From an uncultured Candidatus Poseidoniales archaeon (GTDB lineage Archaea > Thermoplasmatota > Poseidoniia > Poseidoniales > Thalassarchaeaceae): a stretch of DNA of 64,000 nucleotides. A model generated the notes under the pieces. It made no database searches, was not told the DNA's origin, and worked only from the letters and a program-made list of their open reading frames with translations. Below are positions 46,495-55,159 of the stretch, one piece after another; position 1 is the first letter of the stretch; every line of letters begins with the position of its first letter. The position numbers and the translations under genes are program-made. The stretch spans positions 19,248 through 83,247 of the forward strand of contig CAJJBW010000003.1 of assembly GCA_905182515.1 (NCBI GenBank), read 5' to 3'.

Positions 46495-46751
46495 TGTCAG
46501 GGACACGACGTCTTCGGGAAGAAGTTAGGTGCTTACTAGGGGAACAAGGTACTGCAAATACTGTTGAAATATTTGATCATTTAAACAGTCGCTTTAGGTG
46601 GGGTGCGACTATGAATCAAGTTGGTAATATTCTTGCAAAGGATATAAGATTTGAAAAAATTGGTCACACCAGAGGGCAATTCAGAGGCAGCGTCTATACA
46701 GTTTGCGTTTGGGGGTTAAGTAGTATCCCTAATCCTGTTATTGCCCCATAA
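46494..46751 (+). CDS. Small winged-helix-like protein (DUF3860-like)
   Basis: TVEIFDHLNSRFRWGATMNQVGNILAKD..F..IG; SD GAGGT at 46483-87; ATG 46494. Confidence 0.65.
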   Translation: MSGTRRLREEVRCLLGEQGTANTVEIFDHLNSRFRWGATMNQVGNILAKDIRFEKIGHTRGQFRGSVYTVCVWGLSSIPNPVIAP

Positions 46752-46781
46752 AGTAAAGTTCTCAATCTTCTCCCATTAAAC

Positions 46782-47684
46782 GTGGGAAAAAATAGTAATC
46801 TTAGAAATTGGGCTATACTTTTCCGATTAGGAAATAATATTAGTGGCATAGTTGGTGTTTTCTTGGGATCAGTAATGGCACTTGGATTTATGCCTAATGG
46901 TTATCTTTTGTACATCACTTCTCTATTGGCTCTTTCAGTTTTCTTCTTTATGGGATCTTGGAATGCACTAAACGACTATCTTGACTTTGAAATTGATAAA
47001 TTAAATAAACCAGATCGTCCTCTACCTTCGGGAGGAATATCAGTTAAAGATGCTAAATTAGCAATAATTTCTATGATGTTATTGTCTCTTGTATCGCTAA
47101 TTTTTGCTGCATTGATTGCTAACAAAACAGAAAATGGTCTAATTGATTGGTCTCCCTCAGTTATTATATGGATTGTAGCGGTTTTCCTTTTAATTAATTA
47201 CGAATCATCATCTAAGTATAGTCTTAACCTCAAAAACCGTGGATTACCTGGAAACTTAGCAATTAGTGCTGCTGTTGCAATGGTTGTTTTATTAGGTGCT
47301 GCTGGAGTTTACCATCCGACTAATGTCAGAGTAATATCAGTAGCTATAATTGGATTTTTATTTAACCTGTCTAGAGAAATAATCAAGGATGTCCAAGATA
47401 TGGAAGGAGATGAAGGCAGGAATACTCTGGCAATGAAAATAGGTGCCGAAAGAACTAGAATATTTGCATATTTGATATCTCTTTTATCTCTTATCTCAAT
47501 TATTCTTCCCTTTGCTTTAAACATATTTGAAGATTATTATTTGGTTCTTACTACTCCTGGAATATTTCTACTTCTTAGGGTTAAAACTAAATTAGCAAAT
47601 GGCCAAGATTTTCAAGCTCAGCAATTATTAAAGAAGTCGTTATATTTATGTGTAGGCGCTTTCTTTATCTGTTCATTAATTTAG
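46782..47684 (+). CDS. UbiA-family prenyltransferase, DGGGP synthase-like
   Basis: NDYLDFEIDKLNKPDRPLPSG and REIIKDVQDMEGD Asp-rich motifs; multiple TM helices. Confidence 0.85.
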   Translation: MGKNSNLRNWAILFRLGNNISGIVGVFLGSVMALGFMPNGYLLYITSLLALSVFFFMGSWNALNDYLDFEIDKLNKPDRPLPSGGISVKDAKLAIISMMLLSLVSLIFAALIANKTENGLIDWSPSVIIWIVAVFLLINYESSSKYSLNLKNRGLPGNLAISAAVAMVVLLGAAGVYHPTNVRVISVAIIGFLFNLSREIIKDVQDMEGDEGRNTLAMKIGAERTRIFAYLISLLSLISIILPFALNIFEDYYLVLTTPGIFLLLRVKTKLANGQDFQAQQLLKKSLYLCVGAFFICSLI

Positions 47685-48640
47685 AATAATTCATTAAATG
47701 TATGCCATGCATTTTCATTACACATGTATGTCAATAGTGACATCTGCCCCCACATTCTATTTTCAGCTTGATCAAAAACTACACTATTTTTAGAATCAAT
47801 GACCTGATTAGTTACCTCTTCTCCTCTGTGAGCAGGTAAGCAATGCATGAATAAGTAGTCTGGATCCGCATTAGCGACCAATTCTTCATTTATTTGGAAG
47901 CCATCAAAAGCGTGATATTTATCTTTCATTTGTTCTTCACCCATTGATACAAATATGTCGGTGTATATGACTCCTGCATCAGTAACAGCCTCTACTGGAT
48001 CATTAGTGGAAATAATTTTAGCACCTGTTTCCTCAGATATCCTATTAGCCCTATCAATAATTGTAGCATTCGGTTCATATCCTATTGGAGTGGCATAACT
48101 AACATCATGTCCCATTGAAACACTAGCCAACAATAAGTCATGAAATACGTTGTTCCCATCGCCTACCCATGAAATATGGCCGTTTACATTTTTTTTATGC
48201 TCAGTAATTGTCATCAAATCAGCAGCTGCTTGACATGGATGATGGAGATCAGAAAGTGCATTTATGACAGGTATAGTGGAATATTTTGCTAAATCCAATG
48301 CATCTTCATGCTTAAAACATCTGTAAGTAATGCCATCTAGGAAACGGGACAATACGGCTGCGGTATCTGCTATAGATTCACTTTTTCCTAATTGTATATC
48401 GTTGGATAACAATGTAATTGGCTGACCTCCTAACTTACTAACTCCTACTTCAAAAGACACTCTAGTTCTGGTTGATGGTTTTTCATATATTGAGCCTATT
48501 GACATACCTTCAAGAGGTTTAAATTCATCAACTATTCCTTCTCCATTTTTCATTTTAATGGCCCAATTAATTAAATCAGGTAATTCTTTTTTGAAATCAT
48601 CAATTGCTAATAAGTCTCTTTTTTCTTCATGATCGTTCAT
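47681..48640 (-). CDS. argF: Ornithine carbamoyltransferase
   Basis: STRTRVSF, HPCQ, GDGNNV, YTD..VSMG, HCLP.HRG, QAENR. Confidence 0.95.
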   Translation of the reverse strand: MNDHEEKRDLLAIDDFKKELPDLINWAIKMKNGEGIVDEFKPLEGMSIGSIYEKPSTRTRVSFEVGVSKLGGQPITLLSNDIQLGKSESIADTAAVLSRFLDGITYRCFKHEDALDLAKYSTIPVINALSDLHHPCQAAADLMTITEHKKNVNGHISWVGDGNNVFHDLLLASVSMGHDVSYATPIGYEPNATIIDRANRISEETGAKIISTNDPVEAVTDAGVIYTDIFVSMGEEQMKDKYHAFDGFQINEELVANADPDYLFMHCLPAHRGEEVTNQVIDSKNSVVFDQAENRMWGQMSLLTYMCNENAWHTFNELF

Positions 48641-49472
48641 CTTCTATATCTCCTGCAAATCCATCTCTGGTGTCAGCCATGCCTCCAAATATACTCTGTG
48701 CGAAGGTTAATACATCGGCCAAACCATCTTCAATCTCACTAGAAAGTGGTATTAAACCTGGTTGAATAGCAGCATTTTGCATCATTCTCAGTTGCCCTAT
48801 TGCAAATTCTGCTCTTTGACTTCCTGACTTTGCATCATTAGATTGTTGTTCTGATTCTTCATAAAGTGCTACTTCTAATATGTCTAAGTTACCTCCCCAA
48901 TCTAATATTTTTTCTAATTCTTCTGGTTCTAATAAATCAGTTTTTGAAAGGAAATTGGCTGTTGGTAAGCCTAACCTAAAATGTACTATTGAGGATAATA
49001 GCATCTGAGAGACGAAGCCAGAAGGAGTTCTCGATAACATTGGATCGAAAAGGAATATCAAACAAGCCCTCCCTTGACCTATGACTTCTACTAGGTGACT
49101 TGAAGCCTCTCTAAATGCAAATAATTCAACTTGCCCTGGTGTATCGACAATTAACATATCTCCTGATAAACCCTCAATTTCTTGAAATACATCTTCGGCT
49201 TGTGATGCGACTAAATCTGCTGCTAATATTTGTGCACCATTTGGACCTAAATCGTATTCGTTCATTACATCTGAAAGTGAAACCAAATCTCTAACGTCAA
49301 ATTCTGGATCATAATGAACCCTTTCAGCTCCAGGATCTAAGTTTATGGCCATTACATCTACTTCTAAAAATCTGGCCCATCTTTGGAAAGCAGTAACTAA
49401 AGTACTCTTGCCTGCTCCTGCGGTACCTACAACAAAAACTACTGGTGGACTTGTACTATCTTGCGCGCTCAT
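48627..49472 (-). CDS. GPN-loop GTPase
   Basis: GTAGAGKST, NLDPG, LGPNGA, DTPGQVELF, SKTD. Confidence 0.93.
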   Translation of the reverse strand: MSAQDSTSPPVVFVVGTAGAGKSTLVTAFQRWARFLEVDVMAINLDPGAERVHYDPEFDVRDLVSLSDVMNEYDLGPNGAQILAADLVASQAEDVFQEIEGLSGDMLIVDTPGQVELFAFREASSHLVEVIGQGRACLIFLFDPMLSRTPSGFVSQMLLSSIVHFRLGLPTANFLSKTDLLEPEELEKILDWGGNLDILEVALYEESEQQSNDAKSGSQRAEFAIGQLRMMQNAAIQPGLIPLSSEIEDGLADVLTFAQSIFGGMADTRDGFAGDIEDERS

Positions 49473-49591
49473 AGTGCCCCCAACACTCCTCTAGTTTCAA
49501 CTATTCTGTGGTTGGTATTAACTAGATTACGAACAGGTAATCGTTATACCCTCTAACTATTGGGGTTGATTACTGTTAGGGGCGTTTAAGC

Positions 49592-52435
49592 ATGGACGAA
49601 GAAAATACCGCTACTCCTCCAAGTAGATTACCATTGCCTCCTCCGCCGTTGCCTCCGGGACTGTCAGGCCTAGCAATAAATGAACAAAATGACTCATTAG
49701 ATGATGAAATCAACATAAATCTCGATGATGGAGATAATCCTAAATCAAATAAGATGAGCGAAATATTACCGCCTTTGGCATCCTCTACATCCCTTCCACC
49801 ACCACCACCTCCAGGTTTTCCCCCTCCTCCTCCTCCAGGTTTTCCGCCACCACTACCTCCAGGTTTTGCCCCTCCTCCTCCTCCAGGTTTTGCCTCTCAG
49901 AAAGATTTTTCTACCGATGATCATTTGTCTATTATTGATAAAAAAGTTAATCCTGACAAAAATATATCGACGCCCAAAAACAAATATGGCTCAATTACGG
50001 AGGGAAGTAATAAAGAAATTATCACTCCCCCCACAAGTCTTGATGATTCTTCTGAGCAAGAACAAAATAGTATGGAAAATATAAATAATGATATTTCTTT
50101 GAAATCTTTGGCTGATTCATTATCATTAATTTCTGGCCCCACTAAGTCAGAAGGAGAAATAGTCATCAATAAAAATTCTGACGTAAATATTAACTCAGAT
50201 TTAGATTTAACTACCGAATCATTTGCCATTATGTATGGTTCAGAAGAACAACAATACGCATCTATGCCTGAAGGAAAATCTTTCTCCCTCCTACGTCCTT
50301 CTATTGAAGTAGATTCTATCCCAGGAGATAAATTACACGTAATATTAAAGGAAGAAGAGGAAATATCTCTTAATCCTAACGGGACAGTTAGGAATCAGAC
50401 CATAAGGGGGGAATTAATACTTAGAAATGCCAGTAAAAAACATCGTGCATGGGATATTGAAATCCAATTAAAATCTACTGAATCCACTGACTTTGGCGAT
50501 GCCATAATACCAATTAGGGAATTGGATGCTACAGAAGAAAAAGTAATTTCTTATAATGCGCAAGGGCCCAGGATGATTGTTTTAACAGAATCAATCGATA
50601 CTGACCCTGAGAGAAATGAAGAACCAAGTTTATCGTTAGTTTATTTAGATAATCCTCAAGAAATATTAATTATGATAGAATTAGAAAATATCTCGCCAGG
50701 TCCACTAAACGATGTTCAAGTTAGAAGAACTATGCCTGAATCATTTATTCACGCAGAAGATGCAGAATATGTAATAGAAAACGAATCTTTAGTTTGGAAT
50801 ATTGGGAGACTAAATCCGGGGGAAAAACGACCACTTTCATTGTCCGTATCAGCTAGTATATCTTCAATAGAAAAAATATCTGCAGGAGTTTGTACCGCAA
50901 CCTATGCTGCAGATGCAACAGTTTCAAGATCAGAGTTTGAAAAGGTCGTAAGTTCAGGAAGGCAATTTTCATATGTAAATGCCCAAGAACAAGATAGGCC
51001 AGGAGTTTGGGATTGCAAATGTGTTTTTGAGAATAAATCATCTTTTGTCGTCGCTCTCTCAGGCGCAACAGTCCGTTTGGCAGGTAGGGAAGAACCGATT
51101 CTTGATGTATCTGACATACGCCAAGATGTACCCCCAGAGGGTCGATGGGATTCTATGATAAAGAGGGTTGAATCAGATGAACAACCTAGCTTCACCCAAG
51201 AAGTAAGATACTCTATTCTTCCGAGAGTATCTGTTGAATCAAAAGGTAAAGTGACGTTAAAAGAACAAAAATTAACTATATTGGATGCCATACTAAAAAA
51301 GAGGTATGACAAATCTAGAATTAAATCATATTTGACATCCAATGTTGAAGCCGCCATAACAATTGAAAATACAGGTTCCGCAGTAATGAACGTCGTTAGA
51401 ATTTTAGATGACATACCAGGGATTTTCAAACCTCCTTCTCATAGCCAAATATCTATAGAAATAGAAGGTGCTGAGTTGAAACCTGAGCAATATCAAGTAG
51501 AAATAATTGGAGGGATTCAAATTGAAGAAAGATTAATTTCTCCAGATTCAGAAGGGCATGGATTAAGGGCAACAATTGGAACTTCTGCTCCTCTGGGTTT
51601 ACGCCCAGGAAAAACCATGATAATCCGATATCCTTTGCATGCTGAAGATCCATCTCCAAAGAACAAATTACTTTCAGCACCAGTTAAGGCATATTTTAGT
51701 TCTGAGCGTTTCGGCCCAGTTGCAGAAAGATTAGTAAAAAAACCTCCTCAAATTAAAGTAGTACACCGTAGGAGGAATATTAGTACTGGGAAAGAAGTGT
51801 TTCCTGGAGGGGGAGCAGGAAAGTATGAGATTCTCTTAATGTTTGATAATAATTCAGATAGTGCCTTAGAAGATTTAGCTTTGCATGATGTCGTCCCCGG
51901 GACATTTGCAATTGAAGAATATAGTATCAAGTCTTCAGTTTCGGGTGAAAGGGAAGGCTCAACAACGAAAGAATCAGCTAGAGAAGGAACTCATGTTACG
52001 TGGGCAATAGGTCGAATAGAAAAAGGAGAAAGAGTAGAGGTAGTATATGTGATACAAGGTGATCCAGAATCTGAATACAAAGTTTCAGATGCGCAAGACT
52101 TCCATGGTGCAACATTTGGCGATGAAGTAGATGAAGAACCAAATTTACCTGAATGGGTGGAAGAATCTCTATCTGATGAACTTCTCACTGCTGATAATGA
52201 TGTTACATTATTTCCCGATTCAGAAGATTTTGAAAATCAAGATCAGGTAAATATTACTGAACAAGTGCCTGTCGAACAAGTGCCTGTCGAACAAGCACCT
52301 GTCGAGCATCTGCCTACTCAACAAAAAGTGACCGTTATTGATAATTCAAGACAAACTTGCCCTACTTGTGGTTCTGAAAATTCAATAGGGGCCGTCCAAT
52401 GTTTACTTTGTGGGTTTTCATTTAACTCTCAATAA
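49592..52435 (+). CDS. Proline-rich protein with mu-homology-like and Ig-like domains and a C-terminal zinc ribbon
   Basis: N-terminal PPPPPGF repeats; LHVILKEEEEISLNPNGTVRNQTIRGELILRN; DUF11-like strands; terminal CPTC...CLLC; no TM or signal peptide. Confidence 0.7.
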   Translation: MDEENTATPPSRLPLPPPPLPPGLSGLAINEQNDSLDDEININLDDGDNPKSNKMSEILPPLASSTSLPPPPPPGFPPPPPPGFPPPLPPGFAPPPPPGFASQKDFSTDDHLSIIDKKVNPDKNISTPKNKYGSITEGSNKEIITPPTSLDDSSEQEQNSMENINNDISLKSLADSLSLISGPTKSEGEIVINKNSDVNINSDLDLTTESFAIMYGSEEQQYASMPEGKSFSLLRPSIEVDSIPGDKLHVILKEEEEISLNPNGTVRNQTIRGELILRNASKKHRAWDIEIQLKSTESTDFGDAIIPIRELDATEEKVISYNAQGPRMIVLTESIDTDPERNEEPSLSLVYLDNPQEILIMIELENISPGPLNDVQVRRTMPESFIHAEDAEYVIENESLVWNIGRLNPGEKRPLSLSVSASISSIEKISAGVCTATYAADATVSRSEFEKVVSSGRQFSYVNAQEQDRPGVWDCKCVFENKSSFVVALSGATVRLAGREEPILDVSDIRQDVPPEGRWDSMIKRVESDEQPSFTQEVRYSILPRVSVESKGKVTLKEQKLTILDAILKKRYDKSRIKSYLTSNVEAAITIENTGSAVMNVVRILDDIPGIFKPPSHSQISIEIEGAELKPEQYQVEIIGGIQIEERLISPDSEGHGLRATIGTSAPLGLRPGKTMIIRYPLHAEDPSPKNKLLSAPVKAYFSSERFGPVAERLVKKPPQIKVVHRRRNISTGKEVFPGGGAGKYEILLMFDNNSDSALEDLALHDVVPGTFAIEEYSIKSSVSGEREGSTTKESAREGTHVTWAIGRIEKGERVEVVYVIQGDPESEYKVSDAQDFHGATFGDEVDEEPNLPEWVEESLSDELLTADNDVTLFPDSEDFENQDQVNITEQVPVEQVPVEQAPVEHLPTQQKVTVIDNSRQTCPTCGSENSIGAVQCLLCGFSFNSQ
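49795..49894 (+). repeat. Imperfect 24-nt tandem repeat (about 4 copies) encoding PPPPPGF(P/A)
   Basis: CCTCCAGGTTTT recurs every 24 nt. Confidence 0.9.
52259..52303 (+). repeat. 15-nt tandem repeat (3 copies) encoding EQVPV/EQAPV
   Basis: GAACAAGTGCCTGTC x2, then GAACAAGCACCTGTC. Confidence 0.9.
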
Positions 52436-52495
52436 AATGTTATTTTGAACATTTCAACCGAAGTATTCATTCTTGTTGCTTTCAGCCACTTACTT

Positions 52496-53419
52496 ATGGT
52501 GAGTCCTGAGCCAAGCGGAGATGGTCAAGCGGAAGCTATGTCAGCTATGTTATTGCCAATGTTATTTTTGATTGGCATGATGGTTTTATTGATGTTCTTT
52601 CCTGGCTTTAGGGACGCTCTTGCATCAGGCTCTGGGATAGTCATAGAGCCAATTTTACCTTTTCATGAAAAATATTTCGTACCAACTGTTTTCATTCTAG
52701 GTTCATCAATAATGGTGGTAAATACCATCATTAGATCATTTTTTATGGACCCTCTTAGACAGGCTCATTATTCACATAGATCTAGGCAAATTGGTCAAAA
52801 ATCTAGAGAAGCTAGAATAGCTAGAGATACAGCAACAGCAGATAAAATGTCCAAACTTCAAATGGAGATGATGCCTGAACAGATGGCCATGCAGGCTGCC
52901 ATGATGAAGCCAATGATGTTCACAATGATTTTCATAATAGGGATATTTAGTTGGATGGCAAATTCAGTTGAGAGTTTTAGAGTTGAATATGTTAGCACAC
53001 CTTGGTCTGCAAATTGGGGCTTTGATAACCGAGTATTTTGGATTTTTCCTGCATGGATTGCAACATACATTTCTATGAGTGCTCCTTTAGGGAGAATTGT
53101 AGATCGCCATATTAAGCTATTGAGGTATAAAAAACATCCTTTAGTAATGTCTGGAGAAACCATTCCTGAACCATTACTACACTTATTGGAAGATAGTCGT
53201 AATTCAGGTTCCGGTAATTCTCATTCTCATAGGACTCAGAGGAAAAGATCAGGCCCTAAGAAGTCTAACAACAGTACTGCGGAAACTCGTAAAACAGGCA
53301 ATTCTTATGTAGCCCCTCCAAAATCAGGGACAACATGTCGTTCATGTGATTCAGATATGATATACAGGACTACTAGTGGTAAGTTAAGGTGTGAAATGTG
53401 CCGTCACGAATGGAGGTAA
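52496..53419 (+). CDS. EMC3/TMCO1 (DUF106, Oxa1 superfamily) membrane insertase with a C-terminal zinc-ribbon extension
   Basis: TM, coiled-coil (KMSKLQMEMMPEQM), TM with MKPMMFT..IIGIFSWM; W...Y..S; tail CRSC...CEMC; upstream of cmk and cbf5. Start 52445 (TTG) or 52496 (ATG). Confidence 0.8.
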   Translation: MVSPEPSGDGQAEAMSAMLLPMLFLIGMMVLLMFFPGFRDALASGSGIVIEPILPFHEKYFVPTVFILGSSIMVVNTIIRSFFMDPLRQAHYSHRSRQIGQKSREARIARDTATADKMSKLQMEMMPEQMAMQAAMMKPMMFTMIFIIGIFSWMANSVESFRVEYVSTPWSANWGFDNRVFWIFPAWIATYISMSAPLGRIVDRHIKLLRYKKHPLVMSGETIPEPLLHLLEDSRNSGSGNSHSHRTQRKRSGPKKSNNSTAETRKTGNSYVAPPKSGTTCRSCDSDMIYRTTSGKLRCEMCRHEWR

Positions 53420-53423
53420 GTCC

Positions 53424-53957
53424 TTGTTAAAAGTTACTATAAGTGGTCCACCTGGAAGTGGAACCTCTACTTTGGTGACAAAATTAGCTGAATTTAGAAA
53501 ATGGAATTATATTAATGGCGGTGATATATTTCGTGCAGCAGCTAAAGATAGGGGGATTACTATTGAAGAGTTTAGTGCAATTTGTAAAAATGATTTAGAT
53601 ACAGACAGATTATTGGATTCTAAGTTGAAAGAAATCATGGCGTCTACAAACACTCCTGAAATTATGGAGAGTAGGCTTTGTGGCTGGTGGGCTGACGAAT
53701 TAAATACTAAATGCATAAAAGTATGGATTTCTGTATCTGGTGAAGAAAGAGCGCGAAGAATACAAAATAGGGAAGGGGGAGATTATGCTTCTTGTTTAAC
53801 TAAATCTAAAACTCGTCAGAAAGATGACATGGAAAGATATATCGCATTATACGGTATCAATTTAGATGACATGTCTCCATATGATTTAATAGTAGAGGCA
53901 GATGATAAAAACGAAGAAGAAGTTTTCCAGTTAGTTAATCAATATTTAGGGACGTAA
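53424..53957 (+). CDS. cmk: Cytidylate kinase (archaeal type)
   Basis: VTISGPPGSGT, GDIFR..A, D..LD, ESRLCGW, RARRI..RE; SD GGAGGT at 53412-17 before TTG 53424. Confidence 0.9.
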   Translation: MLKVTISGPPGSGTSTLVTKLAEFRKWNYINGGDIFRAAAKDRGITIEEFSAICKNDLDTDRLLDSKLKEIMASTNTPEIMESRLCGWWADELNTKCIKVWISVSGEERARRIQNREGGDYASCLTKSKTRQKDDMERYIALYGINLDDMSPYDLIVEADDKNEEEVFQLVNQYLGT

Positions 53958-53962
53958 TTAAG

Positions 53963-54943
53963 ATGATAAATGAAGAATACTGGATATTTGATGAAAAAGC
54001 AGTAACCAATGATAAATATGGCTGCCACCCAAGTAATAGGAGTATTACGGAATTACTTGACTCTGGCATTATATTAGTTAACAAACCATCAGGGCCAACT
54101 AGCCATCAATTAACTGCATGGGCAAGAAATCTCCTGGGCCTCAACAGACTAGGGCATGGAGGGACACTCGATCCATTCGCAACCGGACTTCTTACCTTAT
54201 TATGCGGTAAAGCCACCAAGATTACTAATATAGTTTTAAACTCAAATAAAAGTTATGTAGCCGTAATTCGTTTTGGAAAGCCAGTACTGGAAGATGAACT
54301 CAATGATCTTTTAAAGAAATTAACAGGAGAGATTTATAATGTACCTCCAAAAGAATCTGCAGTCAAGATTCAAGTGCGTTCGCGTTTTATATTTTCTAAC
54401 AAATTATTGGATTTAGATGAATCTGGTAAAATTGCAATAATTCAATTGTCGTGTAATGCAGGGACATACGTTAGAACATTGACAAAGGACTTTGGTTTGA
54501 TTCTTGGTACTAATTGTGATTTGATAGAATTACATAGGGATGAAACTGGAATTTTTGAAGAAAATATGGCCTGTACTATGCACCAATTAACAGATGCTGT
54601 GTTTTTATGGCAAAATCAAGGAGATGACAGAGGACTAAAGCAAATCATGGCACCAATCGAATCAATATTGAATAATCTACCTAGAATTTATGTAAAAGAT
54701 GGTGCTGTTTCAGCCGTTTCTCATGGTGCTCCTCTTGCCAAGCCCGGAATAGTCAAGGCATCCAAAGGAATAAAAAAAGGAGATTCCGTGATAATTTTAA
54801 GCCTTAAAGAAGAAGCAGTTGCAATTGCAACATTACATGTAGATTCTGAAAATTTAATGGAAATGTCAAATGGTCAAGTAGCTACTGCCCAATCAGTGTT
54901 AATGGCTCCAGGCACCTATCCACAGACGTGGGCAACGAAGTAG
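53963..54943 (+). CDS. cbf5: H/ACA pseudouridine synthase Cbf5
   Basis: KPSGPTSH, GHGGTLDP (catalytic Asp), PP..SAVK..R.R, AGTYVR, C-terminal PUA domain (A..HGAPL..PG). Confidence 0.93.
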   Translation: MINEEYWIFDEKAVTNDKYGCHPSNRSITELLDSGIILVNKPSGPTSHQLTAWARNLLGLNRLGHGGTLDPFATGLLTLLCGKATKITNIVLNSNKSYVAVIRFGKPVLEDELNDLLKKLTGEIYNVPPKESAVKIQVRSRFIFSNKLLDLDESGKIAIIQLSCNAGTYVRTLTKDFGLILGTNCDLIELHRDETGIFEENMACTMHQLTDAVFLWQNQGDDRGLKQIMAPIESILNNLPRIYVKDGAVSAVSHGAPLAKPGIVKASKGIKKGDSVIILSLKEEAVAIATLHVDSENLMEMSNGQVATAQSVLMAPGTYPQTWATK

Positions 54944-55159
54944 ATATGGTTTTCAAGCCATTTCATGTTCTTCATATACCCATTCTTCTGTTTCTAGACG
55001 AATCTTTAATTTCATCATATTTTACACACACACTGCTAACTCTAAAATCATAAGACGATAGAGGGTAACGTTTCCTTTTCACACTCAATCATGATATAAC
55101 TATTCCCTAGTTAAGGGTGATTATCGGCCAAACATTAATCGATTACTAGTTTTATTGGT

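Noticed and set aside
46782-47684. DGGGP synthase as a novelty
   Set aside because: Archaeal ether-lipid genes are expected in this lineage; the sequence looks canonical.
49795-49894. Repeats as a CRISPR array (also 52259 and 61897)
   Set aside because: Units are contiguous, in frame within CDS and have no unique spacers; no cas genes are present.
54944-55159. Small ORFs in the cbf5-CARDB gap (35 aa on +; MMKLKIRLETEEWVYEEHEMA on -)
   Set aside because: Too short, no SD and no recognisable motif; cannot be distinguished from chance.
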